Source: Rhina ancylostomus
Taxonomy: Eukaryota
Assembly: GCA_030265395.1 (NCBI GenBank)
Contig: JARFYF010000055.1
Span: forward strand, 26,886,606-26,950,605
DNA: 64,000 nt
Direction of reading: 5' to 3'
The stretch's first letter is position 1, and each line of letters starts with the position of its first letter. Positions 13,111-25,849 of the stretch are shown here, in pieces. The notes beneath the pieces are model-generated. The model saw nothing but the letters and a program-made list of their open reading frames with translations, did not search any database and had not been told where the DNA came from. Made by a program: the position numbers and the translations under genes.

Positions 13111-14489
13111 GTAGATCACCATCTAAATGGTGAAAATGGAAATCTCTCCTTGCTTTGGCGTTTCTCTTCTTCACAAATAGTTGTCCTGAGCTCAAAGGAC
13201 AAACCTGTCTTTCATCCTTGATTCATTTTTCTCCCTGTTCCATTTTAATAAATGAATATTAAATAATATATTATTTTCATGGCCTCAGTCAGTTCTGCTC
13301 TCATAGAACATAGAAAACAACAGCACAGTACAGGCCCTTCGGCCCACAATGTTGTGCTGACATTTTATCCTGCTCTAAGATCTATCTGACCCTGCCCTCT
13401 ATTTTTCTATCATTCATGTGTCTAAGAGTCTTTTAAATGTCCCTAATGTATCTGCCCCCACAACCTCTGCAGACAGTGCATTCCATGTCTCTGTGTAAAA
13501 AACTTACCTCTGACATCCCCTTTATACCTTCTTCCAACCACTTTAAAATTATGTCCCAAGTAGATAAATCGATGCTGTTTTCTTTAGAACAGAGGTGGCT
13601 GAGGAGAGATTTAACTGAGTTCTATAAAATTATGAGCTGTGCAGGGAGAGTAAAGAAAAAGGATTTATTTTCTTTAGCAAAGGGACCAGAAGCCAAGGGC
13701 AGAGATGAAAGAAATTGGTCGATGGATTTGAGGGGAGGTGGGGAGGAGTAATTTTAGCCAGAGGTTGGAAAGGGTTTGCCACTTCTTGCCTGAAAGGGTG
13801 GTGGAGGCTGAAATCTTGGACCATAAGATATAGGAGCAGAGTTAGGCCATTCATCCCATGGAGTCTGCTCCGCCATTTGATCATGGTGGATTTATTTCAA
13901 GTACATATCTTCGATACTTATTTGAAGAGCCGTCACCTGTTGAGCTATGGCACTGGAAGGTGGGAATTTCTTTTTTCTGGCACTTACACAATGAATTACA
14001 CAAATGGCTTCATTCTCCATCATTACTTTTCTATGAACTACATTGGAAGGTTGAGCTTGACTATTGAATAGACCTCTTGTATGATAAAGATGAACTCTTC
14101 ACCTTACAATCTACTTTGACATGGCCGTTGCAACTTATTGTCCACCTGCAGTGCACTTGCTCTGTAACTGTAACAATATATTCTGCTTTCTGTTATTGCT
14201 TTTTCCTTGTACTAGCTTGATGCACTTATGTTGTGAAAAGATCTGTCTGGATGGTATGCAAAACAAAGTTTTTTGCTGTACCTCAGTACATATGACAAAA
14301 ATAAACCAATTACCAATTAGTTATGGGGAGAAAGTCTGCCCAAGTTAAGTAATTTTGTTGAAATCAATATTAGTTGCACTATGACTGCAATATAATCATA
14401 GCATTTAATTGCTTGTATCACACTGACTGCAGTCAATTGCTATAGTCCTGAAGGCTTAAATGACCCTGAAAATATGTGTTTTTTGAGAA

Positions 14490-14837
14490 AGAGTACACTG
14501 AAAGGAGAGACACAATGGGAATCATGAGAAAATTTCCAGGATCAAACACTATCTTGAAACACATCCCAACAAGTATTCTCTGCGGGGGGAGGGTGTGAGG
14601 GGGGAGGGAGTTGTGACATTCCTGGCACGTGGCTCCTGGTGTTGTGGGTCTGGAATGTGTGGGTCCTTGACCTGGTCTTACTTTTCCTCTTCCTTCTGCT
14701 CTTCCTGCTCATCTTGTTGTTGGTGTTCATCTCCTGCTCCTGGGGTTTTGGCTGCTCATGTTCCACTCACTCATCTCAGCAGGCAATGCCTGACACCATC
14801 CAATGGTCAGGTTATTCACTGCATGCAAACCATGACA
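14490..14837 (+). mobile_element. Gypsy-like 3' remnant: decayed chromodomain-like segment, polypurine tract, short LTR
   Basis: Purine tract ggggggagggtgtgaggggggagggagt directly before TGTGAC (14612); element ends ATGACA (14837). The interrupted upstream reading is KEYTERRDT/WES*ENFQDQTL/YLETHPNK. Confidence 0.45.
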
Positions 14838-14862
14838 ACCAGGAGACTCAGGGTGGTAAATA

Positions 14863-15578
14863 CAAGTAATCTCCTCATTGCAGAGGGTTGCATTCCTAGT
14901 AAGCAATCTGTATCACAATTTTCTGTAATGCAAAACCCTATTTCCTATTGAATCCCATGTTACAAGTGGAGATACATTCCTCTGGGATGTTCTTCTCTCA
15001 ACAGTAATGATAAGTACTGCAGCTGCTGGTTCACTGTGGGAGGCCACTTAAGAAATTGCCTTGTCAGTTTCCAAAGCAAATCTCTGAATTAGCCAGCAGC
15101 TGCATTTGGAGACACAAGCGACTGCAGATGTGTCTTGCCTTCCTGCCTTCAGTTTGAATGGAGATGTACACTTTTAAACGTATATCAAATATAAGTAAGA
15201 TTGTTTAATGATATAACTAACAAATAACAGTGGTCATTTAGGTTTGCAACTTGCACTTTGCAACTTGCTGCTCCTGTTTCAGACAGGATAATTAAAATGA
15301 AAAAAAGTCTTGAAAAATAAACCTGCTAGACAGCAAAATGAACTGACCACACGAAAAACCTGCCACACTCTCTCTGCCTGCGTCAAAAACAGTGAGTTGA
15401 AAGAATATATACATAGACAAAATCTGTTGTTCTTTCTGCTCCATGTGTTTAATTTTTTTCCATGTAAATTCTGTAAGAGTGAATTTTATTCCATATCTCT
15501 GATTTTTGGGGAATGATTTGTGACTTCCGTAGGGGCAAATTTCCGTAACCTGAATGACCATAATGCTGAAGTCGCCCG
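14863..15578. mobile_element. Decayed Tigger-like DNA transposon remnant
   Basis: TA then caagtaatctcctcattgcagagggttgcattcc at left; ttccgtaacctgaatgaccataatgctgaagtcgcccg at right; weak inverted similarity. Confidence 0.45.
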
Positions 15579-16397
15579 TTCTACAGAACAGTCAGACAGC
15601 ATAATCCCATTTTCAGCAGTTTTGATGTTGCTGCCAATCAACCCCTAGTGCTTGCATAGATATCATTGTATTTTGCTCAGCTGGTGTGTTTGGAGCTCCG
15701 ATCAGAGTGAACAGCGCACCTGGAATTGATGATTATAAAGGTCCTTTGATAGCCTATTGCTAACTACACCTTGAGAGAATACACCCCTTCGTGTTAAAGG
15801 CTGTTCATGGCAGATCTAAAGGCCATGTGCATGTGGTCTACAAATGCATTTGGAAGGTCTGCCACTGCAAGTGTCTTGTTTGCTTTGCCTGCTGCTGTGG
15901 ATGGAAGCGAAGTACATGACTCATCCTCTTCTGGAGCAGTGACTTCCCTAAAGCTGGGACGGGCAACAAACTGGGAGTTGTAGCACATATCACCGTTGAG
16001 ACCTGGATTGACTCCAAGGATAGGAAGTTGAAAGTGATGACAAGCTTGAATCTGAGGGCTGTTCAGTCATATGTGATCACATCATTTGCGATGTCATGGA
16101 TCTCAGTGAGATCTCATAGAAGCATGATTACTTCACTGAGAACGNNNNNNNTGTGTGTGCCTCCCTGTAAAGCCCATGTGGATAAGGTTTTCAGTGATGA
16201 GCCTGCTGCAGCTCTACTTGCTGTGTCATTGTGCCAGGTGGGCAATCACTACAATATCTGGGTACATTTCTCCATTTTTTTAATAGTAAGTAGTATTGAT
16301 TGTGAACAATTTTAAGGGTGTTACTTTAAGGGTGTCGCCCCTTTAAGGACCGTGTCATCTATATTTTGTCAACAATTTTAATCCCCTTCCAAAACCT

Positions 16398-16453
16398 TCA
16401 GCGCTTTGTTAAAACCTGTCCTACAGAGTGCGCGTTCTTCTGTTTCCTTCTGC
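16398..16453 (-). CDS. RSPO1: Candidate RSPO1 terminal coding exon (short basic tail GRRKQKNAHSVGQVLTKR*)
   Basis: Acceptor tattttactgtcattttgtatatttag|GCAGAAGGAAACAGAAG. The phase-1 frame continues from the TSP1 exon, starts basic and ends at TGA (16398-16400). Shorter than a typical RSPO1 tail; no transcript evidence. Confidence 0.4.
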
Positions 16454-17809
16454 CTAAATATACAAAATGACAGTAAAATAATATCAGCAAGTAAACTGTT
16501 TATATTTATGGAATGATGTTATTACAAAATGATAAATTATTGTACAACAGAAAGCTCTTGTACTGCAAATTCCTGAGGTGTAAATAAAAGAAGTTTAAGA
16601 CATTCGCAACCCTATGTCAGTTCAATAGTCGCTGGATGTCAAATGAGTCTGGCAACACAGACAGAGTCTAGGCAATTCTCTGAATACATTCTCCATTTTA
16701 TTATGTTTATCTATATCTTTTCCTTTTTTCAATATTTAATCATTTTGTTTTTGAACTACGTTGTTCAAGATTCTGCTTCCAGCCTTCCTCGTCTTCATAG
16801 AGTTCTGCATCAGCAAAATAATTCTCCCACACATCACCTTCATTTATAAGTGACAATATTAAGTTGTCATTACCAGCGCATCAACCAATGATCATAGTCT
16901 GTCTGAGTTTTCCCAGTTCATTCTATTAAAATTCCTCATAAGTTTTGTTGTTCTGTCCAATACTCGCTTCAATTTCTCAGTTCTGGTGTAAGACACCGAG
17001 TGTTCCCAGGGACATAGTGAAAGCTTCATACTGCTGCTATCAACCTAGTAGATCTCTGATATTCCCTGTATTGGCTTTTATAGCTTTTCTAAAGCATCCA
17101 AGACTAACTTTGTTCTAAATGCAGCCTAAATAGTGATGTGTGTAGGTTTAATGTTACATCTTTAGTCTAGTTATTGATGTCTCATTTTGTGAAACCTTGG
17201 ATTCTAGATTTCCAGATATATAAACCCTCCCTATTTTTAAAAAAATCTAAATACCTCCAACTGTTGTTTTAAGATTTAACAAGGTATATTTTCTCTCACT
17301 TGCTAAAGTGTATCATTTCATATTTATTCAAATTAAATTTTATTTCACATTTATATCTCCAACCTCCTAACTTATCTTTTCTATAGAAGTTGCAAATGGT
17401 TGTGTCCACAGTTAATGGAGGGAATATTAACCTTCTCAGATGGAACGGAGAGAAGAGAGTGGTAAGTGTATTGGGAATGGTCAGATAGGTAAAAAAGAAT
17501 CCAATCCAACACTAAGCTGTGTTTAACCCTTTTGTTTTGTTTTAACAGAGGTGGGTTGGTCACCAAAGCATCTTCGTGTATACTTCCATTTTTGTTGTGC
17601 GTGCAATATCGATTGTGCCCAATTAATTTTACTTTAAGACTGTTATGTCTTTGAGGATTATGTCATGTGACTAACTGCTGTCTCAGTTGCAGCATTGTTT
17701 TGCAGCGACTTCCAGAGGCAGTCTGTGACGGGCCTTGACTGAACTATGCACATTTTTTCTGAGCTCCTTAGTCTCACTTATGAATATCTGTATTCTCTTG
17801 CAAGTCCAT

Positions 17810-18520
17810 AGCTCCCTGAAAGAGGTGAAGGCATTTGGTATGCTTGCTTTCATAGGCCGAGACATTGAGTGTGAGAATTTTTTTTAAACAAAATAAACTT
17901 TATTCATAATAAAAAGAAACTATATAGAATTGGGACGTCATGTTGCAGTTGTACAAAACATTGGTTAGACCTCACTTAGAGTGTTGTGCACCTTTCTGTT
18001 CACCACACTACATGAAGGACATGGTAGCAATAGAGAGAGTACAGAAGATATAGACCAGAATGTTACCTGGAATGGAGGGCTGAAGTTCTAAGGGGAGGTT
18101 GGGTAGGCTGGGTTTATTCTCACTTGAACTTAGGAGCTGAGGGGTGACCTTATGGAGATCTACAAAATTATGAGGGGCATAGATCAGATAGATAGTTAAT
18201 ATTTATTTTTCCAGGACAGGTGAGTCTAGAACTAGAGGGCACAGGCCTAAGGTGAAAGGGGAGAAAGTTAAAGGGATCTGAGGAGTAAGTTTTTTTACAC
18301 AGAGAGTCGTGACTATCTGGAATGAGCTGCCAGAGGATACTGTCAAGGCAGATACAATTACAATATTTAATAGGAATTTGGACAGTATTCAGACAGGAAG
18401 CGAGTAGAGGCATATGCACCTAACGTGGGCAAATGGGATTAGTGTAGATAGGCATCAGGGTCAGCTTGGACCAGATGAGCCAACAGGGCTCGTTTCTGTG
18501 CTGTATGTTTCTACGATTCT
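17810..18520 (+). mobile_element. CR1/HER1-like LINE 3' end
   Basis: ttgtacaaaacattggttagacctcacttagagtg (LYKTLVRPHLE), ctgaggggtgaccttatggagatctacaaaattatgagg, tail gggctcgtttctgtgctgtatgtttctacgattct. Confidence 0.85.
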
Positions 18521-19194
18521 CTGATGTTATTCGAGGATGTGAGCAACTGAATACACACACGTTACAGTTTTAACTGCATTTTTATTTTTTAACTCACAGA
18601 GTGGCATTCCCATCAGGTAAAAGCAGGTGGAAATGCTGAAACCCACAAGGTAAGTGTCTTTATCAAGCTGTTAGTAAATCAGGAAGAAGAACTCTGTTTC
18701 TTCCAGTTTCAATACTCTGACCTCCAGGCAATTGCCTTACATTGGAATACTTGAAATCTGCCCAGCATACATCCAGCTGATTGATTTACCTGGCTGTTGA
18801 ATGGGAAACACTATATCTGTGTTTCCAATTTAAATATTCTCCTGCCCCCATGCTCCTCCCCAAGTCTCATCCCAGTCCTGAGTAAATGTCAGGACAAAAA
18901 CGTAAGGAATTACATTAACTTACTCTCATTGAAATTCCTTATCAATGGAAAGTCAGGCACATCCCAGAGAGTGCAGTGACTATGGAGATCAGCATTGCAA
19001 TCATTTTTTTTAAAAGAGTAGATGACCCATTTTTTGTACGTAAGGATTCACTGAAATCATCAGAAGAGCTTGTTGTATATTTTGATTAATTGGTCATCCA
19101 TAATCCAATAATGGGCTTTCCCCACTGTCACTTCTTTACTAGGTACAACGATTTATTCAGAATCAAACACAAAATCACACATAATAAACTGAGG

Positions 19195-19545
19195 GAAACA
19201 CAATGGTGCAGCTGCTCGAGCCACTGCCTNNNNNNNNNNNNNNNNNNNNNNNNNNNNNNNNNNNNNNNNNNNNNNNNNNNNNNNNNNNNNNNNNNNNNNN
19301 NNNNNNNNNNNNNNNNNNNNNNNNNNNNNNNNNNNNNNNNNNNNNNNNNNNNNNNNNNNNNNNNNNNNNNNNNNNNNNNNNNNNNNNNNNNNNNNGGGGG
19401 GGGGGGGGCGGGGTAGTTGATGACAAGGTGGGGAGAATTTAAAAAAAGGGATTACTGCAGGAGTAGTGTAAATGGGTAATTGGTGGCCAATGTGAACTCC
19501 GGGCTGAAGGGCCAGTTTTCATATTGTATTTTTCTATGACTATGA
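19195..19545 (+). mobile_element. HE1-like SINE (partly gapped) with CR1/HER1-type tail
   Basis: Head caatggtgcagctgctcgagccactgcct; tail gggctgaagggccagttttcatattgtatttttctatgactatga. Confidence 0.65.
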
Positions 19546-20689
19546 TAATATCCCCCAACCACCTACAGGCTGACCATCAAAATAAAATTGCTTATAAAAA
19601 GTTGGTAAGTGATGTGACTGCATCACATTTCTTCAGTTACAACATCTACAACTGAGTCAGAAATAGATTTTTCCACAGGAACTTCTCTATTTGACATCCA
19701 GACCTACAAGACGAGAGGTGTCATTTTTAGATAAGGTAATTGACATTGCTTTAAGATACAAGCTAGATTTTTAACACAGTATTCAGTGATATTATACCAA
19801 CTGCTATTGTTTTAATATGTATGTAGTTCAACAAAGCATTTTGTTTGTGGAAGATAGGTCTACACTGATATTACTGGTGATTGCTGATAATTGCTGCTTT
19901 CATCCGGATGTTGTGGCTCTAAAAAGGTATTTGACAGACCAGAGCCAAAATAAATGAAAGAAAGCTTTGGCAAGTAAAGTATCTCAAGTCTGATGTTCTG
20001 CTGCATACATAATAAAATTATACAAGCACATGCACACCAAGTGACCTATTAATAAGGACCTCTCATCATAACAAACCTTTTTGCTGGCCTCATAGAAACA
20101 GCCACAAGGAAATCTGGCAAAAACAATTATTTTACAGAGTGCTATAAATTTGTAAGGAGTTTTCAAACCTGCCCAGAACAGCAGTAAAAATACAAGTTAT
20201 AGCTTGAGGGAGGTAAAAGGTAGAGCAAAGTCTCAATCATTCAGAACTTCCCCTTTAACCTTCTCCTAATTCCCCTAAAGCCCTTCTCACATTAAATGTT
20301 GACTGAAATTGAAAGCAATGTTGAGTTGGAATTTATAGAATTACAGATCTTATTACATTGAATATTCAGCATAAGAAGTGTTTTTTTGTTGAGAAACATT
20401 TTGCAGCTGCAACTTTTACGTTATTAGAAAGAGGATCAATTCCACACAGTCAACTGTGAATGCACAACAGCCACTAATTCTCCTCCAGCTCAGCAAGAAC
20501 TTATCAAATGTTTAGATGTTTAGTTCTTGGGGATCTGGACAATAATGGCAAGATGGCATTGATAGTCCCACTCTGGTTGCCTTGACTCAGGCACCGATAA
20601 GGAACTGGAATCATACTCAAGTCAAGGAAGACAGTGACCAAGATTACCAGTGAACCAACTGGAATTTATCAGAAAATAAAAACTTCTGT

Positions 20690-21115
20690 TTTAGAACATA
20701 GAACATTACAGTACAGTACAGGGCCCTTTGACCCACAATGTTGCGCCAACATTTTATCCTGCTATAAGATCTATCAAACCCTTCCCTCCCACATAGACCC
20801 TCATTTCTCTATCATTCATGTGTCTATCTCAGAGTCTCTTAAATGTCTCTGGTGTATCTGCCCCCACAACTTCTGTCAGTAGTGCATTCCATGCACCCAC
20901 CACTCTCTGTGTAAAAAACTTATCCCTGACATCCCCCTCATATCTTTCTCCAATCACCTTAAAATTATGGCCTTCATGTTAGCCATTGTTGCCCTGGGAA
21001 AATGTCTCTGACTGTCCACTCAATCTATGCCTCTCATCATCTTGTACACCTCTATCAAGGCACCTCTCATCCTTCTTCTCTTTGAACAGAAAAGCCCTAA
21101 CTTGCTCAACCTATC
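20690..21115 (-). mobile_element. CR1/HER1-like LINE 3' end
   Basis: tagaacatagaacattacagtacagtacagggccctttgacccacaatgttg...; same family at 10875-11260, 13303-13560 and 49612-49940. Confidence 0.8.
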
Positions 21116-21299
21116 CAGCAATGGACTTTGAAGTGTCATTTATTTGATCCAACTTCATAGATTCTGGTGGTCAGGTTCACTCTCATAGCCTCTAGGATGT
21201 CAGGCCAGCACAATAACTAATAGGTTACCCTGCACACAGAAAGTGAGAAAGCAAGTTAATTTAGATCAAGTACAATTGTCTCAAAACTCAAGTATTCCC

Positions 21300-21740
21300 A
21301 AAAGGGGAAGGGTATCAGAAGTGGGAGACTGGCATTTGGTGGTATGGGTTGATGCAGGGAGATATTGGTAATGAGAGGATAGTATATGGTGGTGATGTGG
21401 TTGATGCTGGGGAATATTGGAAGTGGGAGACGAGAAATCAGTGGTGTTGTGGGTTGCTGCAAGGGATATTAAGAACGGGAGACCAGCAATCGATGGTGAT
21501 GTGGATTTGGTGTGGGGCTGATGATTGGGAGTAGGAAACCAATGCTTCTTGGAAGGGTGAAGTGGATGTGGTAGAAACATTGGTGATAAGCAACACAATG
21601 AGAGGTATTGAGTCCTGCAACACATGAAGAAACCATAGGGTTTGGAGAGGCCACCAGTTGTGGGGGATTATGGAGTTAGTCTAGCAATCAGAATGTGGTG
21701 GGAGTTTCAGTGCTGTGTGGGTTTTGGGGTGAAATCCAAG
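21300..21740. repeat. G-rich, strand-biased low-complexity tract (decayed repeat interior)
   Basis: Strong G/T excess on the plus strand; similar tracts at 29560-29810 and 63470-63730. Confidence 0.45.
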
Positions 21741-22059
21741 GATAAAGGCAAGTAATTTATTTCAAGACAGCTGTAGTAGTCCAGTGGCATGTTCATGATG
21801 CCATGTTATCCTTGGAGTTCTCAATGGTGGTTGCTCCCATGGCACTGGTCGAGGTTTCTCACCAAAAGGAGCATTGCATGGGAACGGCATCCACCTGTGG
21901 AGGCCAGATGTGAAAATTGGGTCAAGGTTGCGAGGGTGGAAGTGACTGGTCAAAGCTATGGAGGCAATTCCAGGGAAAGTAACAGGCAAATATTTTCACC
22001 AGGATCGCCACAAAATTCTATGCAGTGAGGAGGTTTCTCCTTGTCTTCAGGAGTTCCAA

Positions 22060-22670
22060 ATAATTTGATGTAGGGGAGGATCTCAGTGTGCTGGTTCATG
22101 AAACTCAGAAAGATGATGTGGAGGTGAGGCAAACAATCAGGAAAGCAAATTGCCTGTTGACTTTTATTATAAAGAATCTGGAATACAAAGGAAGGAAACT
22201 TTCCTGCAGTTGTCCAGAGTTTTTGTGAGATGAGAGTGCTATGTGTAGTTTTGGTCTCCAGACATAAAGACTAACTTCATTGTTGAGATGAGGATGTTGT
22301 CCAGTGAGGAGGGATTCTGTTAGACTCCCTTATACACACTGAAGTTTATAAGAATGAAATGTGATTTTGTTGGGTTTTGAGAAGGTTTAACAGGCCAGAT
22401 GTCAAGAGGCTGGCTGAAGTGTCATCTCAGGGGAAGGAATTGTTTGTTCAAAGGACTATGTCTTTTAAATTCATTTCACAAATAGGTTGTGAATGCCCAT
22501 ATACTGAGTATATTCACTGCCAAGATAATTAGATTTTTGCATGCAAAATATATGAAGAGATATGGGAATCCAATAGGAAAGTCACCTTGAGGTGCAAGAT
22601 CATGCACAGTCTCATTGCAAGGTGGAATAAGTTTTCAGGACAGTCCAGCCCATTCCAGCGTTTATGTTCT
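22060..22670 (+). mobile_element. Old CR1-type LINE 3' fragment
   Basis: gaggatctcagtgtgctggttcatgaaactcagaaag...caatcaggaaagcaaattgcctgttgacttttatt, similar to the other CR1 3' ends in the window. Confidence 0.6.
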
Positions 22671-23644
22671 TATATTTATTTTTGTAAATAAAAATCATTC
22701 CCTTCATACTTGCAGCATGATTTTTCACTGCAAAATGTTGATTCAACTTTGTTGCAAACATAAATAATATGAAAGACATTTCTATATATTCTTAAATTCT
22801 GTAACTATTTACACATGCAGCATGGAGAAACAGTGTCAAGTGCTTCAAAAGGGTATAATAAAAAATACGGAGCAGAAGGAGGTATTAAAAGGAGATAACA
22901 GAAGCTTGTTCATTGGAGTGAAGAAGCAATCGGCCCTAGAACATCCACCTGTGAATTATTGTGAATGTTCCTTGTATTAAAAGACATGATGATTCAATGT
23001 CCATTTACTAATGTTCTCACCTTAGTAAAAAAAAAGATGAAGTACTCGCCCCAAAATGATATGCCATGTAAATTTTGGGGAAAGGAGGAGAGGTAAGGCA
23101 GAATGACTCTGTAAAACCTCAGCTGGAGTTCACTGGACTGGACAAACCCCAGTGTAGCAGGTTCTCAATGACTGTGGAAAGCTTGAGTGCCTTATCAAAC
23201 TCTATGCTTTCTAATGTTCTTCCACTAAGTTCAAAATAGTTACACACAGGTGAAGAATCCAGGCAAGTCCACTATTTCTTTTTTGCAAATATTTTGAAAT
23301 ACACAATGTTAAGCATAGGAACAGGAGGAGGCCATTCATTCCATTGTCACTCCATTCAATTAGTTACTGGGTGACATAGTGCATAGCAATCCTGAAGTGC
23401 CTGTGCACTATATAGAATGGGTTAATATTATTTTCTTTGGGCTTGAAATGCTACTTTTCATTAAACATACAACCTAAACTCAACACTTAATTTTTTTAAA
23501 AGTACTCTTCATTTGATGACAATTACTGTATGGTAAAATGTAATAGCTTCCTTCAATCCAAGGGCATCATTTTGACTCAGAAAGTCAAAAGCTATTGTTG
23601 GTCAATTGGACAATGAAGAATAAAATCAGACACAGAGTTAAACC

Positions 23645-23867
23645 AGTTTGTACATTCTCTACGTGTCTGTGTGGGTTTCCTCTGGGTGCTCCGGTTTCCT
23701 CCCACTTTCCAAAGACGTACAAGTTAGGAGCTGTGGGCACGCTATGTTGGGGCCGGAAGAATGGCGACGCTTGTGGGCTGCCCCCAACACTTTCTCAGTA
23801 ATGTAAAGAGTTGTATTTCACTATGTGTTCTGATGTACATGTGACTCATAAATAAATATCTTATCTT
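23645..23867 (+). mobile_element. 5'-truncated SINE, family A
   Basis: gtttgtacattctc...gggtttcctctgggtgctccggtttcctccc...gatgtacatgtgactcataaataaatatcttatctt. Confidence 0.8.
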
Positions 23868-24273
23868 GAACCAGAGATTGACATGTTCCCTTCAACTTCC
23901 CACTTGGGTAGGTCTGACTAGAATTATTCTCCCAATCAGCACCCCCTTCCAAACTCTGCTCCCAATTCCTCACCCATAATTTTGTGTTGTGGAGTTGGTT
24001 GGGTGACATGAACTGACTCTGAAATGATGTTCAATATAAGCCTTTGTTGGTATTAATTCCTCAGCAGGCAAGTGGTTAACCACAAAGACCAGATCAGTTC
24101 TTGCACTGTTATTTCATTCTGCAAGGATTTTCCACAAATGACCATGTGCTTCCATGGACCACCTCTGTCAATGTTCATGAATCATTGCCACTGCATAAAT
24201 GGACGTGGTTGGATGATGTGATGGGCTAATTGTTAAAATCATTTGAGATCCTTTGGTAACTTTTGTCACTTAC

Positions 24274-24462
24274 CATTTGAGCAAGGCTTTCGCTGCACTG
24301 TGCAACTTCTGCTCTCTCTGACTGGGGGGCACGTTACATCTTCTGACGCAGGCTTTTGAAGCACTTGCCTGGTCCTTGTTTCAGTGCCCCTTTTGAAACC
24401 ACATAACTTCTCTCGTTTGGTACATGGACCCCAGGCGCTCCACTCACTCAGTTCACAGGGAG
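24274..24462 (-). CDS. RSPO1: R-spondin 1 coding exon, thrombospondin type-1 domain (189 bp)
   Basis: Minus strand: tttttcacag|CTCCCTGTGAACTG...TGCTCAAATG|gtaagt. Encodes APCELSEWSAWGPCTKREKLCGFKRGTETRTRQVLQKPASEDVTCPPVRESRSCTVQRKPCSN with a WSxWxxC motif and 6 Cys. Phase 1. Confidence 0.96.
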
Positions 24463-25549
24463 CTGTGAAAAATTGAGAAGTGAATGTTATGACCCATTAA
24501 AAAACAACATTTTCTTGTAAAAGGACTGGTCTAAAACTAAAATCAGAAAAGCACATACATGTTCCGCAGGAGCACATCTGAAAGCATTGCTGAATCCATG
24601 TTTTATTAATCTGTTATTATAACATTAATTTACAAGCTGCTTTATTTATCAAAATGAAAACAAACTCAATGATTTAGTAATAATTTAAATTTATAAGTAA
24701 TTTTGCACAGAGGGTTCATTTTACTTGGAAATTGGATTGAGTCTGTCCAGAAAGAGAGAGAAAGCTTTACTCAGTTTGGTTTAAGAATCAAAATGAAGTT
24801 GTGGACCTGCAGATTTTCTCTGAATATCTTTAGCACCCAGCTGTTCTATCAGTGCAGACCAAATGGACTGTGGCTGAGAATGATCAGGGATAGGTACAGT
24901 GTGAGTTAGCTCAGAAACGCGATTTTATCTCAACAATGCATAGCAGCAGACGCAGTTGCCACCTTCAAGACACCAAACTCATCTCCTAACCTCTGCTAAG
25001 CACTGGATCAAAAATGCACTTGCACACACCATGATTAAGAAAATTAGAGAGGAACAATTTTCTTAGATGATTTGAAATGGATGGCGTTGTATTCATAGAT
25101 TCCTTTTAGTTGCTAATATGTCAAATCAAATGAATTGTTTGAAACAGTTCTGAGATTCTGCAGTTATTAAGGGAAGTGAGTATTATGTTCTGGAGATTCT
25201 CCTGTTATGTTATAATGGTAATTATCTTTCACCCAGTTTAAATTCATGGGTAGTTCTTGCCAATGTTGAGGGAAGTCATTGATAAGTGTTTGGGAATCAG
25301 GCACTCCTGAATGGGTCACAGCTCTGGCCATATTGTCCCAACTATCATTAAGCCCCATTCTGTGTCCCCATTAGGACATCTCCATTTTCCTTTCCATTCC
25401 ATTCCATTCCATTCCAAAGTGACCAAAATGTGTTTTCCGTGGTGGATTCCAAACCTGGTCCCACACTTGATATCTAGACCCAGTATTTCTGTGGAATCAT
25501 AAGAAGAAGAAGATTTTTAGTAAGTAGAGTCAATCTGCTGTGTACTTAC

Positions 25550-25699
25550 CAGCATGGTTACACTCCATGGTGCCATTTATGGCTGCAAACCCCTCTGGAC
25601 AGCTGTCATAACATTTCCCTCGATGCAGGTACAGCTTTTCTTTACATTTAGTACAAAAGTTCCTGCTAAAGCAGGCCTCACAGTTCTCAATTTTGCATT
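25550..25699 (-). CDS. RSPO1: R-spondin 1 coding exon, furin-like domain 2 (150 bp)
   Basis: Minus strand: tctttgcag|AATGCAAAATTGAG...AACCATGCTG|gtaagt. Joined in frame it gives [50 protein letters not shown] with 8 Cys, the LGR-binding FSxNF motif and an NGT glycosylation sequon. Not in the ORF track in this frame. Confidence 0.96.
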
Positions 25700-25849
25700 C
25701 TGCAAAGATAATGACAAGAACATTCTTAGTTTACAGTATAGCTTCAGGTATTAAAAGAATAATTCAGGTATTAATAGATTACAATCCAATGTAAATTGGA
25801 TGGTCCAATGCACAGTGACTTGATGTTGTCTGGGTATGATAAACTTTTC

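Noticed and set aside
14542-14766. Lys/Arg-rich minus-strand ORF as the RSPO1 basic tail
   Set aside because: No pyrimidine-rich acceptor in the needed phase, and it lies in an LTR-like element.
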